A stretch of DNA of 64,000 nucleotides, from positions 192,001 through 256,000 of the forward strand of contig NZ_JAQNDL010000003.1 of NCBI RefSeq assembly GCF_028368995.1, written 5' to 3'. Below, piece after piece: positions 29,332 through 40,535 of the stretch. Each line of letters starts with the position of its first letter. Position 1 is the first letter of the stretch. Source of the stretch: Nannocystis bainbridge (GTDB taxonomy: Bacteria > Myxococcota_A > Polyangia > Nannocystales > Nannocystaceae). Position numbers and translations under genes: made by a program. Below the pieces are notes generated by a model that saw only the letters and a list, made by a program, of their open reading frames with translations, had not been told where the DNA came from and made no database searches.

Positions 29332-30015
29332 TCATCCACGCGCCGCCGACGATCGCCGACCCGACCCGCGCCTCGCCTGCAGCGATTCTGCCACCACCGC
29401 CAGGTCGGCCACGAACCTCGCCATCTCTGCCCGCCGATCGTCCGCCGTCGGCTGGCGCAGGATCGACGACGGATGCACCGTCGCCAGCACCTGCGGCACG
29501 CGTTCGTCGGCCAGCAGTCGCCCGCGCATCGTCGTCACCCGGAACGCCCGCCCCAGCAGCGCCTGCGCCGCGGTCGCGCCCAGGCACACCAGCACCTCCG
29601 GACGGATGAGCTCGATCTCCTGCTCGAGCCACGGCAGGCACGCCTTCACCTCGCGCGCCCCCGGCTTCTTGTGCAGCCGCCGGCTGCCGCGGCGCTCCCA
29701 TTTGAAGTGCTTGACCACGTTCGTCACGTAGGCGTCGTCGCGGGCGATCCCCGCCTGCTCGAGCGCCTCGTCGAGCACGCGGCCCGCGGGGCCGACGAAC
29801 GGCTCGCCGGCGATGTCCTCGTCGTTGCCGGGCTGTTCGCCGACCAGCATCACCCGGGCGCCGCTGGGTCCGGCGCCGAACACCGTCTGCGTCGCGTCGC
29901 GGTAGAGCGGGCAGCCGTGGCAGCCACGCGCCGCCGACCGCAGGTTCGGCAGCGACAGCCGCTGCGGGAGAAAATCCCGGGCGCTGCCCGTCACCTCGTC
30001 GTCGTCGTCGTGCAT
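29332..30015 (-). CDS. udgX: UdgX-type uracil-DNA binding protein (family 4 UDG)
   Basis: CHGCPL Fe-S ligands, VGEQPG, PFVGPAG, TNVVKHFKW, R-loop RGSRRLHKKP and TVHPSS. Confidence 0.88.
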   Translation of the reverse strand: MHDDDDEVTGSARDFLPQRLSLPNLRSAARGCHGCPLYRDATQTVFGAGPSGARVMLVGEQPGNDEDIAGEPFVGPAGRVLDEALEQAGIARDDAYVTNVVKHFKWERRGSRRLHKKPGAREVKACLPWLEQEIELIRPEVLVCLGATAAQALLGRAFRVTTMRGRLLADERVPQVLATVHPSSILRQPTADDRRAEMARFVADLAVVAESLQARRGSGRRSSAARG

Positions 30016-30111
30016 GCGGGCAGTGTGGTGCAGATTGCCACGATGCGCTTTTCCGCGCCTCACCTTTATCGGCGCGCGTGCTCGCCGGAGATCCGGTGCT
30101 ACATAGCGGCC

Positions 30112-30321
30112 ATGCTCGCGCTCGTCGCATTCGTGCAATCGCTGGCCTGTCCCGATTGCGCCCCCGTCCGCGCCGCCCGCACCGCGATCGCCGCCGACCC
30201 GGACCGCTGGTTGTACGCCCTCGGCGTCGCCGCCCCGTTCCTGGTCGCCTCGGCGGTGATCGCTCTGGTGTATCGCCTCGGCCGCGGCGAGCCGAGCCGG
30301 GAGGTCACGCGATGGCGATGA
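30112..30321 (+). CDS. Small CxxC-containing membrane protein
   Basis: MLALVAFVQSLACPDC... plus a C-terminal TM helix; stop overlaps the DUF2243 start region. Confidence 0.6.
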   Translation: MLALVAFVQSLACPDCAPVRAARTAIAADPDRWLYALGVAAPFLVASAVIALVYRLGRGEPSREVTRWR

Positions 30322-30779
30322 ATTCACAGCATGACGGGCCCCTGATCGCCGCCGGCATCGCGCTCGGCGTCGGCCTCGGCGGGTTCGTCGACGGCATCCT
30401 GCTGCATCAATTGTTGCAGTGGCACAACATGCTCAGCGCCAGGCTCCCGCCGGACAACCTGGTGGCGATGAAGATCAACATGATGTGGGACGGCCTGTTC
30501 CACGTGTTGACCTGGCTGATGACCGTCGTCGGTCTGGCCCTGCTGTGGCGCGCCGGCGGCCGCGAGGACGTGCCGTGGCGCGGGCGCACCCTGCTCGGCG
30601 GCCTCGCGCTCGGCTGGGGCCTCTTCAACTTCGTCGAGGGCCTCATCGATCACCAGATCCTCGATCTCCACCACGTCCACCCCGGCGCCTACGAGCTGGC
30701 CTGGGACCTCGGGTTCCTCGGCTCGGGCCTGCTCGGCATCGCCCTCGGCATCGCCCTCGTCTGCCCGACGCGCCGCTGA
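30312..30779 (+). CDS. DUF2243 family membrane protein
   Basis: LGVGLGGFVDGILLHQLLQWHNMLS, WDGLFH and GWGLFNFVEGLIDHQIL.LHHV; GGAGG RBS. Confidence 0.9.
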   Translation: MAMNSQHDGPLIAAGIALGVGLGGFVDGILLHQLLQWHNMLSARLPPDNLVAMKINMMWDGLFHVLTWLMTVVGLALLWRAGGREDVPWRGRTLLGGLALGWGLFNFVEGLIDHQILDLHHVHPGAYELAWDLGFLGSGLLGIALGIALVCPTRR

Positions 30780-30999
30780 GCGCGCTCGCCTTCCGGTCCC
30801 TCTGCCCGCGCTCGCCGGAGCGCGGGTACGATGATTCGAACCGGGCTCTGCCGCCGAGTGCCATGAATGTGAACGAGCCCGACCGGGCTCGTCCGGGTCC
30901 GACGATTCGCACCTCGGGATCGCGTGGCCCGCCGACCTCGACTTCACCGCGACGCGGCGAGCTCGGCCTTCGCCCGCTCGCCGCTCATGACGGTCGCGT

Positions 31000-31386
31000 T
31001 CACCGCCGCTTCGCCGCGGTCCGCTTGGCCGTCTTCTTGCTCGCCTTCTTGCTCGCCTTTTTGCCGGCCTTCTTGCTGGTCTTCTTGGCCCCGCTCGCGG
31101 CCTTGCGCCGGCGCGTCTCCCAGCCCTTCTTGGCCGCCTCGCTGCGCTTCTTGGCCGACTGGCTGCTGCCGCCGATCCGGCCGCCCTTGCGCGACGACGA
31201 GCGGCTGACCTTTTTGCCGCGGCCGCTCCCGGACTTCTTGCCGCCGCCCGTCTCCTTGTTGACGGTGGCCCAGGCCCGGCTCTCGGCCTCTTCTTCGCCG
31301 ACGCCGCGCTTCTTGTAGCTCTCCTCGATGTGCTCGGCCTGGCGCTTCTGTTTGTCGGTGTAACTGTCCTTGCTTCCGCGTGCCAT
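31000..31386 (-). CDS. Basic general-stress protein ('plasmid stabilization protein'-annotated family) with histone-like Lys/Ala tail
   Basis: SYTDKQKRQAEHIEESY...AESRAWATVNK.TGGGKKSGSGRG; KKAxKKA repeats; GGAG RBS. Confidence 0.85.
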   Translation of the reverse strand: MARGSKDSYTDKQKRQAEHIEESYKKRGVGEEEAESRAWATVNKETGGGKKSGSGRGKKVSRSSSRKGGRIGGSSQSAKKRSEAAKKGWETRRRKAASGAKKTSKKAGKKASKKASKKTAKRTAAKRR

Positions 31387-31496
31387 CGTGGGTCTCCTTC
31401 AGCCGATTCGCTCGAGAAGGTGGCACACACGCGGGCCGCGGCAACACCCGGCCCGACGTTCGGGCGCGACCGATCGCGGCCGTGCGGGACGACCGA

Positions 31497-32261
31497 TCAG
31501 AAATCGACCCCGCAGCACTCGCTGGCCGCCGCGTTCAACGCCGCCGCGTCCTGCCCGGCGCACAGGCCCCGATCGGGGCAGCTGGCGAACTCCTGCTCGC
31601 CGTCGTGGCAGCGACACGTGCCCCCGGAGCAGACGAACGACACTCCGAGCACGTCCGGACATTCGACGAGCGTCGTGCACTGGTCGGGGGCGATGAAATC
31701 GGGGGCGACGAGGCAGTCCCCGCAGCGGACCAGGTAGTTGGCGCCCTCGATGAAGCACGGGGTGTCCGAGTGCAGGTCCACCGAGGCGAGCCCGTCGCAG
31801 TCGAGCGCCGCGCGACAGTCGTTCCAGGCGGTCGCGCTGCACAGGCACGCTGGCGTGTCCTTGACCAGGCGGTCCTGGCCGCAGCTCGTCGCGCAGGCCG
31901 CCGGATCGACCTCGGGGTCGCACCCGCCGAAGACCTCGCACAGCGACGCGCACGACGCCTCGAAGTCGGCCTTCTCGAGGTCGCACAGCGGCTCGCCGGT
32001 GGTCGCGCCGGTGGTCGGCCCCGCCGTCGTCGGCTCCGCCGTGCTCGCGTCCGAGGTCGCGCTCGCCTCGGTCGTCGCCGCGGTCGTCGTCGCGGTCGTC
32101 GTCATCGCTTCGCCCGTCGTCGGCGCCCCGCTCGTCGCGTTCGTCTCGCTGCCCGACGCCGACTCGCCGCCCTTGTCGGGACAGCCGGTCGGGAGCACCA
32201 GCGCCACTGCGCAAGAACCGCGAATTGCACTCGACACCAAGCTTTTAGTTTCAAGTCGCAT
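31497..32261 (-). CDS. Cys-rich lipoprotein with Thr-rich linker
   Basis: PTGC lipobox-like motif; TTT linker; CxxxCxxxxxC...CxxxC domain. Confidence 0.8.
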   Translation of the reverse strand: MRLETKSLVSSAIRGSCAVALVLPTGCPDKGGESASGSETNATSGAPTTGEAMTTTATTTAATTEASATSDASTAEPTTAGPTTGATTGEPLCDLEKADFEASCASLCEVFGGCDPEVDPAACATSCGQDRLVKDTPACLCSATAWNDCRAALDCDGLASVDLHSDTPCFIEGANYLVRCGDCLVAPDFIAPDQCTTLVECPDVLGVSFVCSGGTCRCHDGEQEFASCPDRGLCAGQDAAALNAAASECCGVDF

Positions 32262-32502
32262 TGCGCGAGCATGAATCAGCGAGCTCGACCCGTCCAGCGC
32301 TTTCCTCACGCGGCCTCGCGGCCCCAGGCCCATCAGGACCGCAGTGCACACATACCTAACAATCAAACCCAGGTGATTCACCGATCGAGATCCATGAATC
32401 ATCGCAATCACCCCAGGGCCCGAGCGCCCGAGCGCACGGTGCGCGAATGACCGCACACGGAATCAAGCTTGGCGAGCGGGCCCCAGATGCTATGGCAAGC
32501 CC

Positions 32503-34950
32503 ATGCACCTGCGACCTCTCCTTGGCATGATGATGATTTCGTGGTCCGGCGTCGGCCTGCTGGCCTGCGGCGACGACGGCGACGCCTCGACCACCGACGG
32601 CGCCGGCACCGATCCGACCGGCACCACCGCGACCGTCGGCGAACCGACCACGACGATACCGACCACGACGACGCCCACCACGGACGTCGAACCGACCACC
32701 GGTGACAGCGAGGGTGAGACCAGCTCGACGACCGACACCACGACCGGCGACCCGCCTGCGCTCGCCTGTCACGAGCTCCCGCTCCCGGCCGCGCTCGTCG
32801 AAGACGGCGCCTGGGACGACGACCTGACGATCTCCGGCTTCGCCGGCTACGACGGCCTCACCCCCAAGGTCTACGACTTCGCCCGCGACGCCGACGGCGA
32901 CCTGCTCGCCGTCGGCTACTTCCATTACATCGGCAAGGACAGCGTCCAGCCATTCGCGCGCCACGACGGCAGCGGGTGGATCGAAGACCCGGGCCTCGAC
33001 GTCGCGCTCGAGCGGCCCACGCTCTCGGCCGTCGCCGCCGACGACGGCGGTCGCGTCGCTCTCGCCACCTACTCGGCCCTCCCGTTCGACCTCATGCAGC
33101 GCGACGGCGAGCTGCTGCTGGCCGACGGCGGCGGCTTCGAGGTCATCGCCACCTTCAAGGGGGCGGTCCGCAGCATGGCGTGGTATGACGGCGAGCTGTG
33201 GGTCGCCGGCGTGTTCGCCCTCGACGGCGAGCCTGCCATGCCCCACCTCGCGGTGTACGACGGCGTCGACTGGCACGCCCCGCCGGGCGGCGCGCTGGTC
33301 GGCTTCGGCGCCTTCGAGCTCACCGTCGACGACGAGGTCCTGCTGGTCGGCGGCCGCTTCTCCAACGTCGGCGGCGTCGCGGCGCAATCGGTGGCCGCGT
33401 GGGACGGCGCCGCCTGGACCGCCTTCGACCTGCCCGACGCGACGGTGTACGCGCTGGCGCGCGACGGCCAGGGCGACCTCTACGCCGGCGGCCTGTTCTC
33501 GGTCGAGAACAGCGTCGAGACCGGCGGCATCGCCCGCTGGTCCGGCCAATCATGGCAGTCGGTCGCCGGTGGTCTCGCCAATCCGAGCTTCCGCGGGGTC
33601 GTCTCCGACCTGGCCGTTCGGTCAGGTGAGCTCCACGTCGCCGGCTGCTTCACCGCCGCCGGCGGCGTGCCCGACGATCCCGACGCCATCCCGGCGCCGG
33701 GCCTGGCGCGCTGGGCCGGCGGCGCCTGGGAGGCCCTCGCCGACCCCGCCAGCGGCGTCGGCACGGCGTGGTTCACCCCGCTCAAGTGCGGCGACGAGGG
33801 CCCCGACGCGCTGTGGGACGCCCAGCACCAGCGCCTGTTCGCCGCCGGCGATCGCCTGCTGCTCGGTGGTTCGTTCGCCGGCGTCGACGGCGTCCCGTCG
33901 CAGAGCGTCATCGAGCTCGACGCAGACGATCAATGGATCGCCCAGGGCGAGCCCGGCCGCGGCTTCTCCGGCTCCACCCGCTCGCTCGCCGTCGGCGGCC
34001 GCGAATGTGCGGTCCACGTCATGGGCGGCGTGACCCACGCCGGCGCGCTCGCGGTCGACAATCGCGTGCTGCGCAGCGACGGCGACGCCTGGGTCCCCGT
34101 CGGCCCGCCGATCCCCGCCGAGGCCTATTGTTGGCAGCTCGCGGTCGACGGCGCCGGCGTGCCCGCGCTCGGCTGCGACCTCCCGCCCGAGGGCGACCTC
34201 CCGCCCGAGGGCGGCGTCCTGCGCCTCGTCGACGATTCATGGCAGTTGTTCGGCGCCTCGTTCGTCCAGGGCGGCGTCGCCACCGTCGGCTTCGATCCGG
34301 CGGGCGCGCTGTGGGCCGCCGGCGGCGGCGGTGAGGGCTTCGTCGCCCGCGAGGACGGCAACGCGCTGATCACTCTCGGTACCAGCAATGGCCGGGTCGC
34401 CGCGCTCGCGTTCCGCACCACCCCCGCGGGCGAGCCGGTGCAGCTCGTCGTCGGCGGCTACTTCAGCGAATTCGAGGGCTTCCCGGCCGCCGGCGTGGCT
34501 CACTGGAACGGCGAAGTCTGGGAGCCGCTCGGCCCCGGCATCGTCGGCAGCGTGCTCGCCGTCGCCTACGCCGAGGACGGTGCCATCTATGCCAGCACCG
34601 CCGACGACGGCACCCCCGAACGGCCGATCCTGGCCCGCTGGGACGGCACTTCGTGGCTCGACGTCGCCACCCCCGAGCCCGGACCCGTCGACGCCGGCTA
34701 CGCCTTCTATTCGCTGCTGGCCCGCGGCCAATACGTGGTCGCGTCCGGCTTCGCCTGGCCCGGCTCCGAGCGGCGCAACGTCTTCGTCTACGACGGCACC
34801 AGCTTCGAGAGCCTGCGCGGCGGGGCCACGGCCATCTACGTCGAATCGTCGGCGCTGGCCGGCGACGGCCTGTGGTTCGGCGGCACGATCGCGGAGGCCG
34901 GCCCCCCCGAGGCTCGCGTCTCCTCGGTGGGGATCGCCCACCTCCGGTGA
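32503..34950 (+). CDS. Large beta-propeller repeat lipoprotein (Rax2/'GGxF...ARWDG..W' type)
   Basis: Lipobox LLAC; Thr linker; many LYAGGxF / ARWDGxxW repeats. Confidence 0.85.
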   Translation: MHLRPLLGMMMISWSGVGLLACGDDGDASTTDGAGTDPTGTTATVGEPTTTIPTTTTPTTDVEPTTGDSEGETSSTTDTTTGDPPALACHELPLPAALVEDGAWDDDLTISGFAGYDGLTPKVYDFARDADGDLLAVGYFHYIGKDSVQPFARHDGSGWIEDPGLDVALERPTLSAVAADDGGRVALATYSALPFDLMQRDGELLLADGGGFEVIATFKGAVRSMAWYDGELWVAGVFALDGEPAMPHLAVYDGVDWHAPPGGALVGFGAFELTVDDEVLLVGGRFSNVGGVAAQSVAAWDGAAWTAFDLPDATVYALARDGQGDLYAGGLFSVENSVETGGIARWSGQSWQSVAGGLANPSFRGVVSDLAVRSGELHVAGCFTAAGGVPDDPDAIPAPGLARWAGGAWEALADPASGVGTAWFTPLKCGDEGPDALWDAQHQRLFAAGDRLLLGGSFAGVDGVPSQSVIELDADDQWIAQGEPGRGFSGSTRSLAVGGRECAVHVMGGVTHAGALAVDNRVLRSDGDAWVPVGPPIPAEAYCWQLAVDGAGVPALGCDLPPEGDLPPEGGVLRLVDDSWQLFGASFVQGGVATVGFDPAGALWAAGGGGEGFVAREDGNALITLGTSNGRVAALAFRTTPAGEPVQLVVGGYFSEFEGFPAAGVAHWNGEVWEPLGPGIVGSVLAVAYAEDGAIYASTADDGTPERPILARWDGTSWLDVATPEPGPVDAGYAFYSLLARGQYVVASGFAWPGSERRNVFVYDGTSFESLRGGATAIYVESSALAGDGLWFGGTIAEAGPPEARVSSVGIAHLR

Positions 34951-35450
34951 TTGGCACGACAGCACCCACGTTCACGACGTCGCGTGCGTCTGGCGCGCCT
35001 CGTCGTCGACCGTCGCTGCCGGTTAAAAGGAACGTCGCCGACCACGCTCGCGCCCGGCACCGAGGCCCCGCACGCCGACGGCGTTCGCGCACCCTGCCCC
35101 ACCCCGGGGGCTCACCGGCGAATCGCCATACCCGACGGCCTTCCGGGGAAATAACCGTGTTCTCGCGACCCCGGGGCCCCTCCGATTCAGCGCGGTCGAG
35201 CCCTGTGACGTTGTCCGCGAAAATCCCGGCAGACCTTTTACGAGCCGCGGCGATTGCCCGCTCGAGCCGACTCCGCGACGATCCCGCCGGACCTCATGCC
35301 CCGGTGATTTCCCGCGTGGGCCCGGAGTCGCCGATATGGGAGCACGTCGCATCCGGGCCGTTCGCATCCGCCCGCTGCGCGATCGCGCAATGTTGCGCCG
35401 CTTCGCGGCTTCGGGGCATCATCCCGGGGTTCGATGGAGAGCGGCCGCGC

Positions 35451-36937
<1,487 letters not shown>

Positions 36938-36941
<4 letters not shown>

Positions 36942-37390
36942 AGTCGAACAGCAAGCGTCCCATCACTATACTGATCGCCGACGACGACCCCGAGGACCGC
37001 ATGCTGGCGGCCGAGGCGCTCAAGGAGAGCCGCCTCGCCAACGACATCCGCTTCGTCGAGGACGGCGAGGAGCTCATCGACTACTTGCTGCTGCGCGGCA
37101 AGTTCACCAACCCTGACGACGCGCCGCGCCCGGGCGTCATCCTGCTCGACCTCAACATGCCGCGCAAGGACGGCCGCGAGGCCCTGCGCGAGATCAAGGA
37201 GACCCCGGACCTGCGCCGGATCCCGATCATCGTGCTCACCACCTCCAAGGCCGAGATCGACATCTATCGCAGCTACGACCTCGGCGTGAACTCGTTCATC
37301 GTCAAGCCGGTCACCTTCGACTCGCTGGTCGAGGTCATGCAGGTCCTGCGCAAGTACTGGTTCGAGATCGTCGAGATCGCCGCGGACTGA
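36938..37390 (+). CDS. Single-domain response regulator (Rcp1-like)
   Basis: ILIADDD, ILLDLNMPRKDG, IPIIVLTTS, SYDLGVNSFIVKP and YWF. Confidence 0.95.
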
Positions 37391-37391
37391 G

Positions 37392-39350
37392 ATGCACGAG
37401 CCGGTCGACGTGCTGATCGTGGACGACGACGAGGACGACTTCGTCCTCGCGCAAGACCTGATCGCCGACATCACGGCCAGCGAGTACCGGGTGCGGTGGA
37501 TCCAGTCCTACCAGGACGCCGTGCACGCGCTCCTGACCGCCGCGCCCGACGTCTGCCTGCTCGACTACCGGCTCGAGGCGCGCACCGGCATCGACCTGCT
37601 CCGCGAGGTCCGCGGGCTCGGCTGCGACGTCCCGATCATCTTCCTCACCGGGCAGACCGAGCGTGAGCTCGACGTCGAGGCGATGCACGCCGGCGCCGAC
37701 GATTTCCTGATCAAGGGCAGCTTCACCACCCGCGAGCTCGAGCGGGCCATCCGCTACGCCATCGAGCGCGCGGCCACCGGCGCCGCCCAGCGGCGGCTGA
37801 CCGAGGAGCTGCGGCTGATGCAGGTCCAGGCCCAGCGCTCGAGCCAGGCCAAGAGCACCTTCCTGGCCAACATGAGCCACGAGTTCCGCACCCCGCTGAA
37901 CGCCATCCTCGGCTACAGCGACATGTTGATCGATCAGGCGCGGGCCGGCGAGTTCGAGCAGATCGAGGACGACCTCAACCGGATCCGCGCCGCCGGCAAT
38001 CACTTGCTCGCGCTCGTCACCGACATCCTCGACCTCAGCCGCATCGAGGCCGGCCGGCTCAGCCTCGCGCCCGAGTCTTACACCCTCGGCGAGCTGCTGC
38101 GCGAGGTCGTCGACGCCGTCGCCCCGCTCATCCACCGCAACGGCAACCGCTTCGTCTACGCCCCCGCCGACGAGCTCGGCGAGATGGTCGCCGACGCCAC
38201 CCGCGCGCGCCAGATCCTCTTCAACCTGCTCAGCAACGCCGGCAAGTTCACGCGCAAGGGCCTCGTCTCGCTGGCCGTCACGCGCCGGCCCGCGCGGCTC
38301 AGCGACTTCAACCACCACGCCGGCGACCAGGCGATCGAGGGCGTCGATTGCGTCGATTTCGTGGTCGCCGACTCGGGCATCGGCATGACGCCCAAGCAGA
38401 TGGAGCGGCTGTTCGAGCCGTTCTCGCAGGTCGACGACACCGGCGGGCGCCGCTTCGGCGGCTCGGGCCTCGGGCTTGCGATCAGCCGCCGGCTCGCGCG
38501 GGCCATGGGCGGCGAGCTGCGGGCCCGCAGCGAGATGGGCCGCGGCTCCTCGTTTCGCCTGTCGCTGCCCTCGGACAGCACCGCCGCAGCGCGCTGGCGC
38601 GGCCTCACCCCCGAGCGGCAGTTCGCCACCGGCGAGCGCGGTCAGCTGCCGATCGTGTTCGTGCTCGGGCCGTCCGACGCGTTCGGTCGCCAGCTGCGCG
38701 ACCAATTGGCCGAGGTCCAGCTCGACATCGTCGTCGAGGCCGACCTGCGCCGCGGCGTCAAGTTGGCGCGCGCGCTCGGGCCCTCGCTGTTGGTGGTCGA
38801 GCTCAACGTCGGCTCGCCGGCCACCCTCGTCGCCCTCGGCCAGCTCGCGCGCGAGCCCAGCCTGCAGGAGGCCGACGTGTTGGTCTACCTGGTCGACGAG
38901 CCGGCCCAGTTCGGCTGCCTGCTCCACTGCGACGGGGTCGTCAGCGCCCCGCTGCAGGCGCTGCAGCTGCAGCGCCTCGTCGAGCGCCTGTCCCCGGGGA
39001 CATCTCAGCCGCTGCACCTGTGGTCAAACAGCGCCGGCCTGCTGCAGGAGGCCACCGAGATGATTCGCCACACCCGCCGGCTCGCGGCCGCCGGCGGAGG
39101 CCTCGATGCCAGCGAGCTGCACCTCGTGCACCTGGCCGCGCCGGGGGCCTCGTGGGGCCTCACCGCCGCCCGCCCCGACGCGGGCACCGGCGGGCCCGCG
39201 GTCGTGCTGGTCGCGCCCGACGACCCGCGCGCCGTCCCGCCGAGCTTCGCCGCCGAGATGCGCGCGCTCGTCGAGCAGACCGGCATCCCGCGCCAGGAGC
39301 TCGCGCGCGAGGTCAGCAGCGCGCTCGTGTCGCGCATGACCCGCGAGTGA
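37392..39350 (+). CDS. Hybrid receiver-histidine kinase with degenerate C-terminal receiver-like region
   Basis: N-terminal REC (IVDDDEDD, LLDY); AKSTFLANMSHEFRTPLN, NLLSNAGKFT, DSGIGM and GGSGLGL. Confidence 0.92.
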   Translation: MHEPVDVLIVDDDEDDFVLAQDLIADITASEYRVRWIQSYQDAVHALLTAAPDVCLLDYRLEARTGIDLLREVRGLGCDVPIIFLTGQTERELDVEAMHAGADDFLIKGSFTTRELERAIRYAIERAATGAAQRRLTEELRLMQVQAQRSSQAKSTFLANMSHEFRTPLNAILGYSDMLIDQARAGEFEQIEDDLNRIRAAGNHLLALVTDILDLSRIEAGRLSLAPESYTLGELLREVVDAVAPLIHRNGNRFVYAPADELGEMVADATRARQILFNLLSNAGKFTRKGLVSLAVTRRPARLSDFNHHAGDQAIEGVDCVDFVVADSGIGMTPKQMERLFEPFSQVDDTGGRRFGGSGLGLAISRRLARAMGGELRARSEMGRGSSFRLSLPSDSTAAARWRGLTPERQFATGERGQLPIVFVLGPSDAFGRQLRDQLAEVQLDIVVEADLRRGVKLARALGPSLLVVELNVGSPATLVALGQLAREPSLQEADVLVYLVDEPAQFGCLLHCDGVVSAPLQALQLQRLVERLSPGTSQPLHLWSNSAGLLQEATEMIRHTRRLAAAGGGLDASELHLVHLAAPGASWGLTAARPDAGTGGPAVVLVAPDDPRAVPPSFAAEMRALVEQTGIPRQELAREVSSALVSRMTRE

Positions 39351-39364
39351 CCCGCGAGGCACGC

Positions 39365-40351
39365 TCACAGCAGCGGCAGCCCCTTGTGCTTGACCGGCAG
39401 CTTCAGCAGCGCCGGCTTCGGCGTCCCGGGGAAGATGCCGTAATGGCGGGTGATGGCGAAGCTCGCCACGTACAGCGTCTTCTTGCTCGCGTGCGTCGCC
39501 CCGAACACCAGCGACGACGGCGCGTCGAGCAGCCCGCCCTCGGCGATGATGTCGATGTCGCCGTGCTTGTCGATCGCCACCAGCCGGTCCTGCCCGTTGA
39601 CCGCCACGAACAGCGTGCCCTTGTCGTCGAACGCGAGCCCGTCGGCCCCGGCCAGCGCGTCGTAGTCGTCGGCCCACACATCGATGTCGCCGGGTGAACC
39701 GTCGCACTCGACCTCGACGCGGAGGATCGTCCCGTAATCGAGGTTGCTGACGAACAGGTGGTTCTTGTGACGATCGAAGGCGATGCCGTCGACGCCGAAA
39801 TGCGAGAGCACCAGGTACGGATCGTCCTCGTTGCCCGCGAACGCAGCGTCCTGCAACCACACCTCGGGCGTGCCGTCCTCGTCGATCTTCCAGATCCGCG
39901 CGTGCAGCGGATCGGTCACGAACAGCCCGCCGTGGTCGTCGAACGCCAGATCGTTGGGGTAGCCGGTCGGGTCGAGGGTGGCGTGGGTCGTCACCCCGCC
40001 GTCGGGGTCGACGCGGAACACGAACGCGACCGGCGGCACCGGCGAGATGCTGCCGGTGGCGACAAAGAGGTCGCCGTCCTCGCCGAACTTGAGCCCCGCC
40101 GCCAGCACCCCCGGCGGCAGCGGCAGGGTCGCGAACACGCTCACGTGGCCCCAGGGGGTGATCCGCTTGATGTGGGCGCCCATGGACGCGTAGATGTTCC
40201 CGTCGGCATCCGTGGTGATCGACTCTGGCAATTCGCCGAGGCTCGGGTCGAACTTGGCGACTGTCGAAAGCTTGCCGCCCGCCGCCGCCACCCCCGGCGA
40301 GAGAGACATGAAAAGTCCTACGGACAATAAAACGAACAGGCTTCGACCCAT
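39365..40351 (-). CDS. Secreted SMP-30/gluconolactonase/LRE family protein
   Basis: Signal peptide; PESIT, PNDLAFD, VDGIAFD and ADGLAFD propeller blades. Confidence 0.88.
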   Translation of the reverse strand: MGRSLFVLLSVGLFMSLSPGVAAAGGKLSTVAKFDPSLGELPESITTDADGNIYASMGAHIKRITPWGHVSVFATLPLPPGVLAAGLKFGEDGDLFVATGSISPVPPVAFVFRVDPDGGVTTHATLDPTGYPNDLAFDDHGGLFVTDPLHARIWKIDEDGTPEVWLQDAAFAGNEDDPYLVLSHFGVDGIAFDRHKNHLFVSNLDYGTILRVEVECDGSPGDIDVWADDYDALAGADGLAFDDKGTLFVAVNGQDRLVAIDKHGDIDIIAEGGLLDAPSSLVFGATHASKKTLYVASFAITRHYGIFPGTPKPALLKLPVKHKGLPLL

Positions 40352-40535
40352 GACAAATCCCCCCATTGACGACCGGGCTTGTAGTGAAACAGTACGCTGT
40401 CAAGGATCAACAAGAACACCGTGAAGGACGCACTGCGATGATCGGTGGGCGCGACGGCGAGCGCGGCGACGACGCGCCACGGATTTCGCGAAAGGATAGT
40501 GGGTCGATCGGGTGCGGCTTGCTATCCTGGCGACG

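Noticed and set aside
31000-31386. Plasmid stabilisation or toxin-antitoxin gene
   Set aside because: No ParE/RelE motifs or antitoxin partner; the family name is a legacy annotation and the context is chromosomal stress genes.
34951-35450. Possible sigma-54 promoter or ncRNA in the 500-bp gap (TTGGCACG at 34951)
   Set aside because: The -24 element lacks a correctly spaced TTGC -12 element, and I could not recognise a riboswitch or ncRNA consensus.
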